A DNA stretch of 34,449 nucleotides from Bdellovibrionota bacterium (GTDB taxonomy: Bacteria; Bdellovibrionota_C; UBA2361): positions 1-34,449 of the forward strand of contig JBILDU010000025.1 of NCBI GenBank assembly GCA_044352465.1, read 5' to 3'. The stretch's first letter is position 1; the number at the start of each line of letters is the position of its first letter. A model generated the notes under the pieces. It ran no database searches, had not been told where the DNA came from, and saw only the letters and a program-made list of their open reading frames with translations. Below are positions 1 through 9,735 of the stretch, one piece after another. The position numbers and the translations under genes were made by a program.

Positions 1-126
1 GTAATTAATTGTTTCGGGTTTAAGAACTTCACCATGGCTCTGTTCGAGAATGTCCTCGGGAGAAGCCAGTGATACGATGATTTTCTTGAAGTTACTTTTG
101 AGTTTTACGTCTTTGCGCAAAGCCAT
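1..126 (-). CDS. rpoC: RNA polymerase beta' subunit, 5' end only (runs off window)
   Basis: Manual translation from ATG at 126: [42 protein letters not shown], with the RpoC LASPE..I...S.GEV.KPETINY motif; directly after rpoB. Confidence 0.95.
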   Translation of the reverse strand, partial: MALRKDVKLKSNFKKIIVSLASPEDILEQSHGEVLKPETINY

Positions 127-145
127 AGTTTTTATTTTTCGTTAA

Positions 146-178
146 TTAAAAATCCTCCCGGAACGATTGTCCGGGAGG
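146..178 (-). terminator. GC-rich hairpin plus T-rich tail between rpoB and rpoC
   Basis: CCTCCCGGA (154-162) / TCCGGGAGG (170-178), 9-bp stem; followed on minus by ATTTTTAA. Confidence 0.5.
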
Positions 179-186
179 CAGAAAAA

Positions 187-3100
187 TCATTCAAGGGTAA
201 TTTTGAGACCCAAGCCGCGTAACTCGTGCAACAATACGTTGAACGATTCAGGAATTCCCGGCACAGGCATGTTATCGCCTTTCACGATTGCTTCGTACGC
301 TTTCGCGCGACCAACAACGTCGTCGGATTTAACAGTAAGGATTTCCTGAAGGATATTCGCAGCACCAAATGCTTCGAGTGCCCAAACCTCCATCTCACCA
401 AAACGCTGTCCACCGAACTGCGCCTTACCACCAAGCGGCTGCTGGGTGACGAGCGAGTAGGGTCCGATTGAACGCGCGTGGATCTTGTCGTCGACAAGGT
501 GGTCGAGCTTCAACATGTACATGATGCCGACCGTGACCTTCTCTGCGAACGGCTCGCCGGAGCGTCCATCGTAGAGCTGCACTTGGCCAGTATGGTCAAG
601 GCCGATCTCCTGAAGCAGGTTACGAATTTCAGCCTCAGTTGCCGCATCGAACACCGGGGTCGCAACGTGGATTCCCTTCAGCTCCCGTCGGGCGAGCTTC
701 TGGACATCATCGTCGGATAGGGCTGAGATAAACTTCTTGTTCGCCTCATCCCCGAGCCCACGCACCATGACGTCGCGAAGTTGAGCCACCAGGTCCTTCT
801 TGGTCCCCGATGCTACACCCGACTTCTCGGCGCCGGTCTGAGCATCCATAAACTGATCGACCAACGCTTGGATCTTCCGCCCGATACCGTAGGCAGCCAT
901 CCCGAGGTGGGTCTCGAGGATCTGCCCGACGTTCATACGCGAAGGAACACCGAGAGGGTTCAAAACGACATCCACCGGGGTCCCGTCTGCCATGTACGGC
1001 ATATCTTCCGCCGGAACCACCCGGGAAAGAACACCCTTATTTCCATGGCGGCCGGCGAGTTTGTCACCTACCTGGATCTTTCGCTTAATCGCGACGAAGA
1101 CCTTGACCATCTTAATGACGCCCGGGGCAAGCTCATCCCCTTCCTTCAAGCGCTTAATCTTCTCCGTGAGGAAATTGCGCTTGTTATTGATGAGCTGACC
1201 GGTTCGGACAACCACCCGATTGAGGGTCTCCTGAATCGCCTCGTCACCGATCTGAATATCACGGAGATACTCAAACGGGATCTGCTCAAGCATCTCTGCC
1301 GTGATGGTTTCACCCTTCGCGATTAACTGGCTGCGCTTCTCATCGACCAAACGAGCCGACGTCGTCTTACCGACGAGCAGCTCCTTGACCTCACGCAGCG
1401 TCGTATCACGAATGATGTTGATCTCATCCCGCTGATCTTGCTCGATACGGGCGATCTCTCGCTTTTCAATTGCGAGCGTACGCTCATCCTTATCGGTGCC
1501 CTTACGGGAGAAGACCTGAGCAGAGATAATCGTGCCCTCAACCCCCGGCGGGAGCTTCAAGCTCGTATCGCGAACCTCACCGGCTTTCTCTCCGAAGATC
1601 GCGCGAAGAAGCTTCTCCTCTGGGGAAAGCTGCGTCTCACTCTTCGGGGTGATCTTGCCGACCAAGATATCGCCCGGCTTTACCTCAGCACCGATTCGGA
1701 TAATTCCGGATTCATCGAGGTTCTTCAGAGCCTCTTCTCCGACGTTCGGAATGTCCCGGGTAATCTCTTCCTTACCGAGCTTTGTGTCTCGCGCGACGCA
1801 TTCAAACTCCTCGATATGTACCGAGGTGAAGATATCGTCTTTGACGAGGTTCTCGTTGATGAGGATGGAGTCCTCAAAGTTATACCCGTTCCACGGCATG
1901 AACGCGACCAAGCAGTTCTGCCCCAAGGCGAGCTCCGCCATCTCGGTCGATGGACCGTCGGCAATCACCTCACCCGCAGCAACCTTCTCACCCGGCTTTA
2001 CGATCGGGCGTTGGTTCAAGCAGGTATTTTGGTTCGAGCGGCGGTACTTCACGAGGTTATAGATGTCCACCCCAGTGTCGAGCGTATCGTCCGTGGTCGA
2101 GTCAGACTTGATCACGATTCGATCCGCATCAACCGACACGATACGACCAGCGCGTTTCGACGAAACAGCCGCACCTGAATCCCGCGCAACGATGTGCTCC
2201 ATTCCGGTTCCAACAAGCGGAGCCTGCGCGCGAATACACGGCACCGCTTGCCGTTGCATGTTCGAGCCCATGAGCGCACGGTTTGCGTCGTCGTTCTCAA
2301 GGAACGGGATGAGCGCTGCCGCTACCGACACGGTCTGTTTCGGGCTCACGTCCATCTTTGTCACGTCAGCGGGGGGTACGAGCACGTACTCTCCATTCTT
2401 CCGGGACGGAATGGCTGCTTCCTTAAACGCACCCTTCGGATCGAGCGAAGCGCTCGCCTGGGCGATCGTCTCACGCTCCTCTTCAAGAGCGGAGAGATAG
2501 ACGATGTCGTCGGTGACCTTGTTACCTGTATCGATCACCCGATAGGGCGTCTCGATAAAACCGAACTCGTTCACCCGAGCGTAGACCGACAACGAAGCGA
2601 TAAGGCCGATGTTTGGACCCTCAGGGGTCTCAATCGGGCAGATGCGTCCGTAGTGGGTCGGGTTCACGTCGCGGACCTCGAAGCCAGCTCTATCGCGGGT
2701 GAGACCACCTGGTCCAAGGGCGGAGAGTCTCCGCTTGTGGGTGACCTCGGACAGCGGATTGGTCTGGTCCATGAACTGGGAGAGCTGAGACGAACCAAAA
2801 AACTCCTTCACTACCGCCGCGACAGGCTTATAGTTGATGAGATCTTGAGGCACGAGAGTATCGATATCCTGCATCCCCATCCGCTCCTTGACCGCGCGCT
2901 CCATGCGCACGAGTCCGATGCGGTATTGGTTCTCGATGAGCTCACCGACAGCGCGGATACGGCGGTTGCCCAGGTGGTCGATATCGTCCACCGAGTAACG
3001 AACCGGATCGTTCGAGTTCTTGAGCTCTAAGAGGTATCGAACCGTCTCTTTGATGTCTTCGACGGTCAAGGTCCCGAGATCGAGCGGCGGAGCCTCTCTC

Positions 3101-4575
3101 CCCTGCGAGATGTAAAGTTTGTGATTAAGTTTATATCGACCGATGTCCGAGAGGTCATAACGGTCCGCGTTGAAGAATAGATTCTTAAACGCAGCATTCG
3201 CCGTTTCAGGCCGTGGCGGATCGCCCGGCCGGAGGCGACGATAGATCTCGATAAGGCTATCGGTCGTCGACTTGCCAGCAAGCAGCGCATAGAGCTCGTC
3301 CCGATCCGGCGACATCTTATCGGTGAGAACGGTCTTCCAGAGCGATTCACCAATATGGTGGTCGTCGACGTACAACGTCCGAATCGTCTCGATCTTGAGA
3401 TCGCGGAGCATCGACACGGTACCTTGGTCGACTACCTCGCCCTTGGCGTTGACTTTGTCGGCGGTGAGCTGCTCACCTGCCGCAACGACCACTTTGAACT
3501 TCGCGCAGAGAGCTTTCCCGTTATTCTCGTTGATATCCTTGAGGACCGCACCGACACGCTCCTTCATCGCTTCCATGCCGACGATGACCTCGCCTTTCTC
3601 CGCGATGACCTCACCGGTTGAAGGATGAACGACGTCCTCGGTGGCACAGAGAACGGTATCAGCCGTGACCATCCCCGGTACAGAGTCGGGGTTGATCTCG
3701 ATGCTGTCCACTCCAGCCTCTTTCATGCGACGAATGACGGCGCGATTGAAACGGCCACCCTGCTTGACGAGGACCTTCCCAGCGCCCTTGATCTCACGGA
3801 AAGCTTTCTGGCCTTCGAGTTGGTCGGCAACAAAAGCTTTCGTGACTAGGCCACGCTTACCGAAGGTAACGGTATCGCTCTTGTAGTAGGTCGAGAGGAT
3901 CTCATCCGCAGACATGCCAAGCGCCCGGAGGAGCACCGAAGCATTCAATTTGCGACGACGGTCGATGCGGACGTGGAGGATATCTTTGATATCGAACTCA
4001 AAGTCGATCCATGAACCGCGGTAGGGAATGATGCGAGCGGAGTAAAGCAGCTTGCCGGAGATGTGACCCTTACCATCGTCGTGGTCGAAGAATACACCCG
4101 GCGAGCGATGGAGCTGGCTCACGATAACCCGCTCGGTCCCGTTCACCATAAAGGTGCCCTTATCCGTCATCAACGGGATCTCACCGAAATAGACGACGTC
4201 CTCTTTGAGGGCGCTCAAATTGCGCGCACCCGTCTCTGCATCAACATCCCAAAGAACGAGCTGAATGGTTACCCGCAGCGGCGCTGCCCAAGTCATCCCG
4301 CGATCGCGACACTCATCAACGTCGTACTTCGGGGTTCCGAGGGTGTAAGAGACAAATTCAAGCGAGGCGGTGTTGTTGTAGTCTTTTATCGGGAAGATGG
4401 ACTTAAACACCTTCTGAAGCCCGATGTCTTCTCTCTTCTCAGAGTCGACGTCGGCTTGGAGGAAACGCTCGTAAGACCGCTTTTGGATCGCCACGAGATT
4501 CGGGATCTCAGCGACCTCTCGAATCTTCGAGTAGGAGCGCCGGAGACGAAGGTTTGTTTTGATTTTTGAGGCCAT
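187..4575 (-). CDS. rpoB: RNA polymerase beta subunit
   Basis: 1462 aa with [68 protein letters not shown]. Confidence 0.99.
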   Translation of the reverse strand: MASKIKTNLRLRRSYSKIREVAEIPNLVAIQKRSYERFLQADVDSEKREDIGLQKVFKSIFPIKDYNNTASLEFVSYTLGTPKYDVDECRDRGMTWAAPLRVTIQLVLWDVDAETGARNLSALKEDVVYFGEIPLMTDKGTFMVNGTERVIVSQLHRSPGVFFDHDDGKGHISGKLLYSARIIPYRGSWIDFEFDIKDILHVRIDRRRKLNASVLLRALGMSADEILSTYYKSDTVTFGKRGLVTKAFVADQLEGQKAFREIKGAGKVLVKQGGRFNRAVIRRMKEAGVDSIEINPDSVPGMVTADTVLCATEDVVHPSTGEVIAEKGEVIVGMEAMKERVGAVLKDINENNGKALCAKFKVVVAAGEQLTADKVNAKGEVVDQGTVSMLRDLKIETIRTLYVDDHHIGESLWKTVLTDKMSPDRDELYALLAGKSTTDSLIEIYRRLRPGDPPRPETANAAFKNLFFNADRYDLSDIGRYKLNHKLYISQGREAPPLDLGTLTVEDIKETVRYLLELKNSNDPVRYSVDDIDHLGNRRIRAVGELIENQYRIGLVRMERAVKERMGMQDIDTLVPQDLINYKPVAAVVKEFFGSSQLSQFMDQTNPLSEVTHKRRLSALGPGGLTRDRAGFEVRDVNPTHYGRICPIETPEGPNIGLIASLSVYARVNEFGFIETPYRVIDTGNKVTDDIVYLSALEEERETIAQASASLDPKGAFKEAAIPSRKNGEYVLVPPADVTKMDVSPKQTVSVAAALIPFLENDDANRALMGSNMQRQAVPCIRAQAPLVGTGMEHIVARDSGAAVSSKRAGRIVSVDADRIVIKSDSTTDDTLDTGVDIYNLVKYRRSNQNTCLNQRPIVKPGEKVAAGEVIADGPSTEMAELALGQNCLVAFMPWNGYNFEDSILINENLVKDDIFTSVHIEEFECVARDTKLGKEEITRDIPNVGEEALKNLDESGIIRIGAEVKPGDILVGKITPKSETQLSPEEKLLRAIFGEKAGEVRDTSLKLPPGVEGTIISAQVFSRKGTDKDERTLAIEKREIARIEQDQRDEINIIRDTTLREVKELLVGKTTSARLVDEKRSQLIAKGETITAEMLEQIPFEYLRDIQIGDEAIQETLNRVVVRTGQLINNKRNFLTEKIKRLKEGDELAPGVIKMVKVFVAIKRKIQVGDKLAGRHGNKGVLSRVVPAEDMPYMADGTPVDVVLNPLGVPSRMNVGQILETHLGMAAYGIGRKIQALVDQFMDAQTGAEKSGVASGTKKDLVAQLRDVMVRGLGDEANKKFISALSDDDVQKLARRELKGIHVATPVFDAATEAEIRNLLQEIGLDHTGQVQLYDGRSGEPFAEKVTVGIMYMLKLDHLVDDKIHARSIGPYSLVTQQPLGGKAQFGGQRFGEMEVWALEAFGAANILQEILTVKSDDVVGRAKAYEAIVKGDNMPVPGIPESFNVLLHELRGLGLKITLE

Positions 4576-4932
4576 GTTCTCGCCAGTCCAAGGATTTTCG
4601 TTAACTAAAAATCTTTTCGGGCGACATCTCTCTTTCGAGAAACATCAGGGGTTCGGTCAGCAGATCCCAACGGGCGACCACTTCGAGATACCGAAGGCCT
4701 CAAAAACACCAAGAGCGCAAATACACCTCAACGCCCCCTCACCGAAACCTTGCCGCGCTACGCTGCAAGCTCGGGAGAGCCGTGAAGTGAATTTACGAAT
4801 ACCTCGAGACGAAATTGAACAAGCCGTCGCACCCTGTGTGGTGAGTCACCGTATGTGTGGCACTGCTCGGATGTACACCGCCCGAGCAATCCAAACTTTA
4901 ACCTAGCACCGCCAGACCTTTAGAGCCTCGGG

Positions 4933-4962
4933 ATTATAACCCCGTGAAACCAAAAGGTGCAA
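4933..4962 (-). promoter_or_regulatory. sigma70-type promoter for rpoB
   Basis: Minus strand TTGCAC (4962-4957) - 18 nt - TATAAT (4938-4933). Confidence 0.65.
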
Positions 4963-5071
4963 GCAAAGCCAAGCTCCGATACTGCTGAAGCCGTTTTTGC
5001 CTTACCCAACGAATTATCTTCAAAAAACTGAAAATAAAACGACGTGTAAGCAAATAAGGTGAGGGGTCTCT

Positions 5072-5129
5072 ACGACATCTCCGGGGTCGAGTCGGAACTA
5101 ATCGTCCCGCCCCGCCCCGGAGATGTCGT
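5072..5129. repeat. 15-bp perfect inverted repeat downstream of rplL
   Basis: ACGACATCTCCGGGG (5072-5086) / CCCCGGAGATGTCGT (5115-5129). Confidence 0.8.
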
Positions 5130-5180
5130 TACACTGTCGCTTCCCGGGAGACCCACTCAACCCGTGGAAGCGAAGTCAGG

Positions 5181-5561
5181 CTACTTGAGGCTGGCTTTCG
5201 CGCCGGCTTCCTCAAGCTTCTTCTTCCAGTCTTCAGCGGAGGCCTTCGGGAGACCGTCCTTGACCGGCTTCGGAGCAGCATCAACGAGGTCCTTCGCCTC
5301 TTTGAGGCCAAGGCCGGTGATCTCGCGCACAACCTTGATGACCTTAACGCGCTCGGCGCCAGCATCATCGAGGTGGAGCAAGAACTCGGTCTTCTCCTCA
5401 ACCGGAGCAGCAGCGGCGGCGCCACCAGCAGCAACCATCGCAACAGGAGCAGCCGCGCTCACGCCGAGCTCTTCCTCGAGCTCCTTAACGAGCTTCGCCG
5501 CATCCATGAGCGACATGTTCTTGATGAAAGTCTTCACCTGTTCCATGCTCACGTTTTCCAT
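5181..5561 (-). CDS. rplL: 50S ribosomal protein L7/L12
   Basis: [43 protein letters not shown] at 5561 preceded by AGGGAG. Confidence 0.98.
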   Translation of the reverse strand: MENVSMEQVKTFIKNMSLMDAAKLVKELEEELGVSAAAPVAMVAAGGAAAAAPVEEKTEFLLHLDDAGAERVKVIKVVREITGLGLKEAKDLVDAAPKPVKDGLPKASAEDWKKKLEEAGAKASLK

Positions 5562-5615
5562 TTCACGCACTCCCTATCTTTCTAATTAATCAAATAAAAC
5601 TAAACAGTTAAGGAA

Positions 5616-6161
5616 CTACCCCTTCTTCTCGAGGTTGCTCCGGTGGCCTTCAAGTACTTGCGCCATCTGCTGGGCCGGGGCCTTCATCAGACGTACAAGC
5701 TGGGTAGCAGGTGCTGCAAGCAACCCAAGCAGTTTGCCCAGTGTCTCCTCTCTGCTCGGCATCTTCGAGAGAGTCTCCACCCCTGCTTGGTCAACGAACG
5801 CTCCGTCGAGCCAACCACCCTTTATCTTGAACTTGTCATTTTTCTTCGCAAAGTCGGACAGGACCTTCGCGGGCGATACCGGGTCCTGATCCGAAAACAC
5901 TACGAAGCTCGGCCCCTTGAGTAGGCTCACGAACTTCTCCAGCTGCGCTTTATCCGCATTCGGGAAAGATCCATTCGCTGACAAGCGAGCGAGCGTGTTC
6001 TTAACCACAACCCCTTGCGCACCCTTGCTCCGCAAGTCGCGGCGAAGCTTCGTGATAGCCGCAACAGAGAGACCCCGGTAGTCGCCACAAAGCGTTACCT
6101 GGGTTGTCGCGAACATTTTATTTAAAAGCTCTACTTCTACCTGCTTTTCAGCCCGTTCCAT
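5616..6161 (-). CDS. rplJ: 50S ribosomal protein L10
   Basis: DYRGLSV..LRRDLR, VVKNTLA, LSKMPSREETLGKL; synteny. Confidence 0.97.
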   Translation of the reverse strand: MERAEKQVEVELLNKMFATTQVTLCGDYRGLSVAAITKLRRDLRSKGAQGVVVKNTLARLSANGSFPNADKAQLEKFVSLLKGPSFVVFSDQDPVSPAKVLSDFAKKNDKFKIKGGWLDGAFVDQAGVETLSKMPSREETLGKLLGLLAAPATQLVRLMKAPAQQMAQVLEGHRSNLEKKG

Positions 6162-6204
6162 CGCTCAAAACTCCCAATCTGAAATTCAAATATCCGCTGA
6201 CAGA

Positions 6205-6900
6205 CTATGCCCGAAGCGGTGCCACATCGACGTTGACCCCTGGCCCCATCGTGCACGCAATCGTCGCACGCTTGAGGTACACACCCTTACTCGTCGACGG
6301 CTTCGCTTTATTTACCGCAGCAAGGAGCGCTTGGATGTTCTCAGCGATCTTCTTACCGCCGAACGAAGCCTTCCCTACCGGAGCCTGGAGAATACCAGCC
6401 TTCTCCACGCGAAACTCAGCCCGCCCAGCCTTGATCGACTTTACCGTTGCGCCGATATCAGCGGTTACGGTACCGACCTTCGGCGAGGGCATGAGGCCAC
6501 GGGGTCCCAAGATCTTACCGACCTTACCCACCTGAGCCATCATGTCGGGGCTAGCGACCACACTGTCAAAGTCGGTAAAGCCGCCTTTAATCTTCTCGAC
6601 TAAGTCTTCAGCTCCGACAAACTCAGCGCCAGCCGCCTCGGCATCCTTGGCCTTCTCGCCCTTAGCGAAAACAACCACGCGCACGTTTTTGCCGAGACCG
6701 TGAGGAAGCGCGACGCTCCCCCGCACACTCTGCTCAGCTTTTCGGGCATCAACACCGAGGTTGAGCGCTATCTCGACCGTCTCGTCAAACTTCGCCGACG
6801 CGGTAGAGACAACAAGATCACACGCCGACTGAAGATCATAAACCTTCAGTGCGTCTACCTTCTCCCGCTGCGCCTTAATTCTCTTTCCTGCATTCGCCAT
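6205..6900 (-). CDS. rplA: 50S ribosomal protein L1
   Basis: [33 protein letters not shown]; start taken at MANAGKR. Confidence 0.98.
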   Translation of the reverse strand: MANAGKRIKAQREKVDALKVYDLQSACDLVVSTASAKFDETVEIALNLGVDARKAEQSVRGSVALPHGLGKNVRVVVFAKGEKAKDAEAAGAEFVGAEDLVEKIKGGFTDFDSVVASPDMMAQVGKVGKILGPRGLMPSPKVGTVTADIGATVKSIKAGRAEFRVEKAGILQAPVGKASFGGKKIAENIQALLAAVNKAKPSTSKGVYLKRATIACTMGPGVNVDVAPLRA

Positions 6901-6934
6901 ACAAACCGTCCTCAATGAAACTAGAGATCCTTAT

Positions 6935-7360
6935 TTAGTCAACCACGTCGACGCCCATACTCCGGGCGGTGCCCGCCACAGTACGGAAAGCTGCCTCGTC
7001 GGAGTTAACATTGAGGTCGACCATCTTTGTCTTGGCGATCTCAGCGACTTGGGCCTTGGTTATCTTGCCAACCTTCTGCTTGTTGGGGACGCCCGAGCCA
7101 CTCTCAATTTTGCACGCCTTCTTAATGAGGTACGAAACCGGAGGGGTCTTGAGTTCAAAAGTGAAGGAGCGATCTTTGTAAACCGTGAGAACCACCGGAG
7201 TGATCTCACCAGCTTGCTTTTGGGTCTTCGCATTAAACTGCTTACAAAACTCCATGATGTTGACGCCGTGTTGACCGAGCACGGGTCCGATCGGCGGAGC
7301 GGGGTTCGCCTGGCCGGCCGGAATCTGAAGTTTAATTTGCGCTGTAATTTCCTTTGCCAT
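6935..7360 (-). CDS. rplK: 50S ribosomal protein L11
   Basis: [42 protein letters not shown]. Confidence 0.99.
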   Translation of the reverse strand: MAKEITAQIKLQIPAGQANPAPPIGPVLGQHGVNIMEFCKQFNAKTQKQAGEITPVVLTVYKDRSFTFELKTPPVSYLIKKACKIESGSGVPNKQKVGKITKAQVAEIAKTKMVDLNVNSDEAAFRTVAGTARSMGVDVVD

Positions 7361-7449
7361 GATTCACTCTACTGCTGCTCAAATCTTTTGTTGTCACTCG
7401 AAGTCCCCGCGCGCCCTTTCTTAGCCACGCGAGCACCCCTTTCAAACTC

Positions 7450-8043
7450 TTAACACTTCTCCACTTGAATGAAGTCGAGCTCCACCGGAGTCGCTCGCCC
7501 AAAGATGCTGATGAGCACCTTAACCTTCCCTTTCTCAGGCTTAACCTCTTCAACGGTGCCGTTAAATTCCGCGAAAGGCCCATCGATAACCTTGACGGCC
7601 TCCCCCTGCTCAAAGGTCGCCCGGGAGCGCGGCGACGCGGTACCCTCTTCAACTTGATTACGGATCCGCGCCACCTCGTCCTCCGAAAGAGGCTCGGGGC
7701 TCGTCGCATCACCAAGGAATCCCGAAATTTTCGGGGTGTCCTTCACCAAGTGCCACGTGTCCTGGTTCAGCTCCATCTGAACGAGCACGTACCCGGGGAA
7801 GAATTTCCGGTTCGACGTCTTCTTCTGACCCCGAACGAGCTCCACCACGGTTTCCTGAGGCACGTGGATGTCGCCAAACATGTCCGTAAAGTTGTACTGA
7901 CGAATGCGCTCTTCAAGCACCTGCTTCGCCTTCATCTCGAAGCCGGAGTGCGCCTGAACGACGTACCACTTCATCTTTGAAGTGTCCTTACTGAGCGGTG
8001 CTTCCGCCTTCACGCCTTCAGATGTCATATCCTCAGTTGCCAT
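7450..8043 (-). CDS. nusG: transcription termination/antitermination factor NusG
   Basis: [23 protein letters not shown] motif [26 protein letters not shown]. Confidence 0.99.
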   Translation of the reverse strand: MATEDMTSEGVKAEAPLSKDTSKMKWYVVQAHSGFEMKAKQVLEERIRQYNFTDMFGDIHVPQETVVELVRGQKKTSNRKFFPGYVLVQMELNQDTWHLVKDTPKISGFLGDATSPEPLSEDEVARIRNQVEEGTASPRSRATFEQGEAVKVIDGPFAEFNGTVEEVKPEKGKVKVLISIFGRATPVELDFIQVEKC

Positions 8044-8089
8044 AGGAATTGGCCCTTACGAGACCACAAATCCAAAAATTCGCTCGCAT

Positions 8090-8305
8090 CTACACGATCG
8101 CCTGCATCAACTTCCCGAAAATCACATCGAGAATGAACAGACAGAGAGACACGAAAACGACGATCACAAGGGTCACCAGCGTTGCCTGAACCGTCTGCTG
8201 CCGCGTCGGGTGGCTGATCTTTTTCAGCTCAGCGATGCTCTCAGAGACGTAACTACGTCCCTTCGCTACGACCGATCCGGTTGACTCAGCGTGTTCAGCA
8301 CTCAT
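8090..8305 (-). CDS. secE: preprotein translocase subunit SecE
   Basis: ELKKISHPTRQQT followed by one TM helix ending LFILD; immediately upstream of nusG; start uncertain (8305 or 8323). Confidence 0.92.
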   Translation of the reverse strand: MSAEHAESTGSVVAKGRSYVSESIAELKKISHPTRQQTVQATLVTLVIVVFVSLCLFILDVIFGKLMQAIV

Positions 8306-8476
8306 AGCGCCCGACTTCGACACAAATAAACCGCCGCCACTCCTAAACTTTGCTCCAAAGAGCAAGATTCCCCGCCCGCACCAAGGTGAAAGTTCTCTCA
8401 CTTGGACACGCTTGCAAACTTCAAAAACGACCTAAGTTCTTGAAAACGTAAGCAATGGCAGAAAATTAGAGCTGGA

Positions 8477-8505
8477 ACACTAGCAAATAACGTTCGCTAG
8501 AGCAA
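8477..8505 (-). promoter_or_regulatory. sigma70-type promoter for secE-nusG
   Basis: TTGCTC - 17 nt - TAGTGT with extended TGn. Confidence 0.5.
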
Positions 8506-8858
8506 ACGGTGGGGGCAAGTTTTTTTGAGATAACTCAACCTAGCAGGTTTATCAAAAGTTACCTCGATAAACTTTGCACAGGCGGCTCGCCGTCACCTCA
8601 GGCAGCAAACCGAAGCGCAACTCATCGAAACAACAAGGCGCCTCTGCTGAGGCTCGCTCGCGTCGGGCCTTACGGAACGCGAAAAAGCCGCGCCGACTGT
8701 CTTTTAGGGGCCTTTCCGTTCGACTCTCCGAGGCTTAGCCAGCATGACCTGGCACCTCCCGACGAGACAACGCGAGTCGACACCGCAGAGAGTTCAAAAA
8801 GAGCCGCACGACATGAAATAAGAATTTTTGGGCCACATGAACATCACCGCACTCACCT

Positions 8859-9043
8859 TCCCGCCTCCGGCGGGAACTGGGTTCGCTTCCCTCCGGGAGG
8901 TGACTCGCAACTTTGAGGGTAATTGGCACGCCCGGAGGGAATCGCCGCGCTAGCCTCTCCCGCCTCCGGCGGGAACTGGGTTCGCTTCCCTCCGGGAGGT
9001 GACTCGCAACTTTGAGGGTAATTGGCACGCCCGGAGGGAATCG
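8859..9043 (-). repeat. two identical 86-bp direct repeats (99-bp period) overlapping the tRNA-Trp 3' end
   Basis: 8859-8944 = 8958-9043; each includes the last 21 nt of tRNA-Trp plus 65 nt of trailer. Confidence 0.95.
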
Positions 9044-9098
9044 AACCCCCAACCAACGGATTTGGAATCCGCTACTCTACCAATTGAGCTACGGGCGT
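9023..9098 (-). tRNA. tRNA-Trp(CCA)
   Basis: Cloverleaf; anticodon arm GCGGA-TTCCAAA-TCCGT; GTTCGA T-loop; encoded CCA. Confidence 0.97.
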
Positions 9099-9113
9099 AG
9101 CTTTGAGAAGAAG

Positions 9114-9189
<76 letters not shown>

Positions 9190-9211
9190 GTATACTCACG
9201 ACCGAGTGGGC

Positions 9212-9240
9212 ATTATGTAGAGAAGCAGATCAATTGTAAA
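9212..9240 (-). promoter_or_regulatory. sigma70-type promoter for tRNA-Thr/tRNA-Trp
   Basis: TTTACA - 17 nt - CATAAT, about 22 nt before tRNA-Thr(GGT). Confidence 0.7.
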
Positions 9241-9261
9241 TATTCCGAACGCGCTTGACGC

Positions 9262-9290
9262 TTTACATCCCCAAAAAAAGAAATCATTCT
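9262..9290 (+). promoter_or_regulatory. sigma70-type promoter for tRNA-Thr/Gly/Tyr
   Basis: TTTACA - 17 nt - CATTCT, back-to-back with the minus-strand promoter. Confidence 0.55.
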
Positions 9291-9321
9291 GGGATGGGGT
9301 GGGTCTAAATCCGCGCGATAC

Positions 9322-9394
9322 GCTGGCATAGCTCAACTGGTAGAGCAGCTGATTTGTAATCAGCAGGTTATGGGTTCAAGTCCCGTTGCCAGCT
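9322..9394 (+). tRNA. tRNA-Thr(TGT)
   Basis: Anticodon arm GCTGA-TTTGTAA-TCAGC; GTTCAA T-loop; CCA not encoded. Confidence 0.96.
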
Positions 9395-9430
9395 TTGATT
9401 TTAACTGATACTCCTTACCGCTCCTCGATT

Positions 9431-9678
9431 CTCGAATCGCTAGCGCGATTCGAGGGGTGCATCAGCCTCGTCAAGCTTGCAGCTTGAACGGCTGATGGAC
9501 CGAAGAGGTAACTCTTGAGTTCACCGGATGCGGGAGTAGCTCAGTTGGCCCCTTTTATGCTCGAATCGCTGGCGCAATTCGAGGGGTGCATCAGCCTCGT
9601 CAAGCTTGCAGCTTGAACGGCTGATGGACCGAAGAGGTAACTCTGAAGTTCACCGGATGCGGGAGTAGCTCAGTTGGC
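9431..9678 (+). repeat. two 119-bp direct repeats (129-bp period) overlapping the tRNA-Gly 5' end
   Basis: 9431-9549 vs 9560-9678, 4 mismatches; each ends with the first 20 nt of tRNA-Gly. Confidence 0.95.
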
Positions 9679-9735
9679 TAGAGCATCAGCCTTCCAAGCT
9701 GAGGGTCGCGAGTTCGAGTCTCGTCTCCCGCTCCA
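9659..9735 (+). tRNA. tRNA-Gly(TCC)
   Basis: Anticodon arm TCAGC-CTTCCAA-GCTGA; encoded CCA. Confidence 0.97.

Noticed and set aside
2690..2810. Rifampicin-resistance-determining region of rpoB
   Set aside because: [29 protein letters not shown] keeps the usual sensitive-type Q, D, H and S residues
226..4569. Many long plus-strand ORFs opposite rpoB (and similar ones opposite asnS, rocD, comM)
   Set aside because: Antisense shadows of well-conserved genes in GC-rich DNA; no recognisable motifs
8360..8401. RELSPWCGR upstream of secE as an rpmG remnant
   Set aside because: Too short and lacks the other L33 motifs
8924..9043. Duplicated tRNA-Trp 3' end as attL/attR of a prophage or island
   Set aside because: Copies are only 99 bp apart, the trailer is duplicated too, and no integrase is present in the window
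8735..9056. ORFs with internally repeated peptides (8735-9052, 8853-9056)
   Set aside because: They are translations of the DNA repeat and overlap tRNA-Trp
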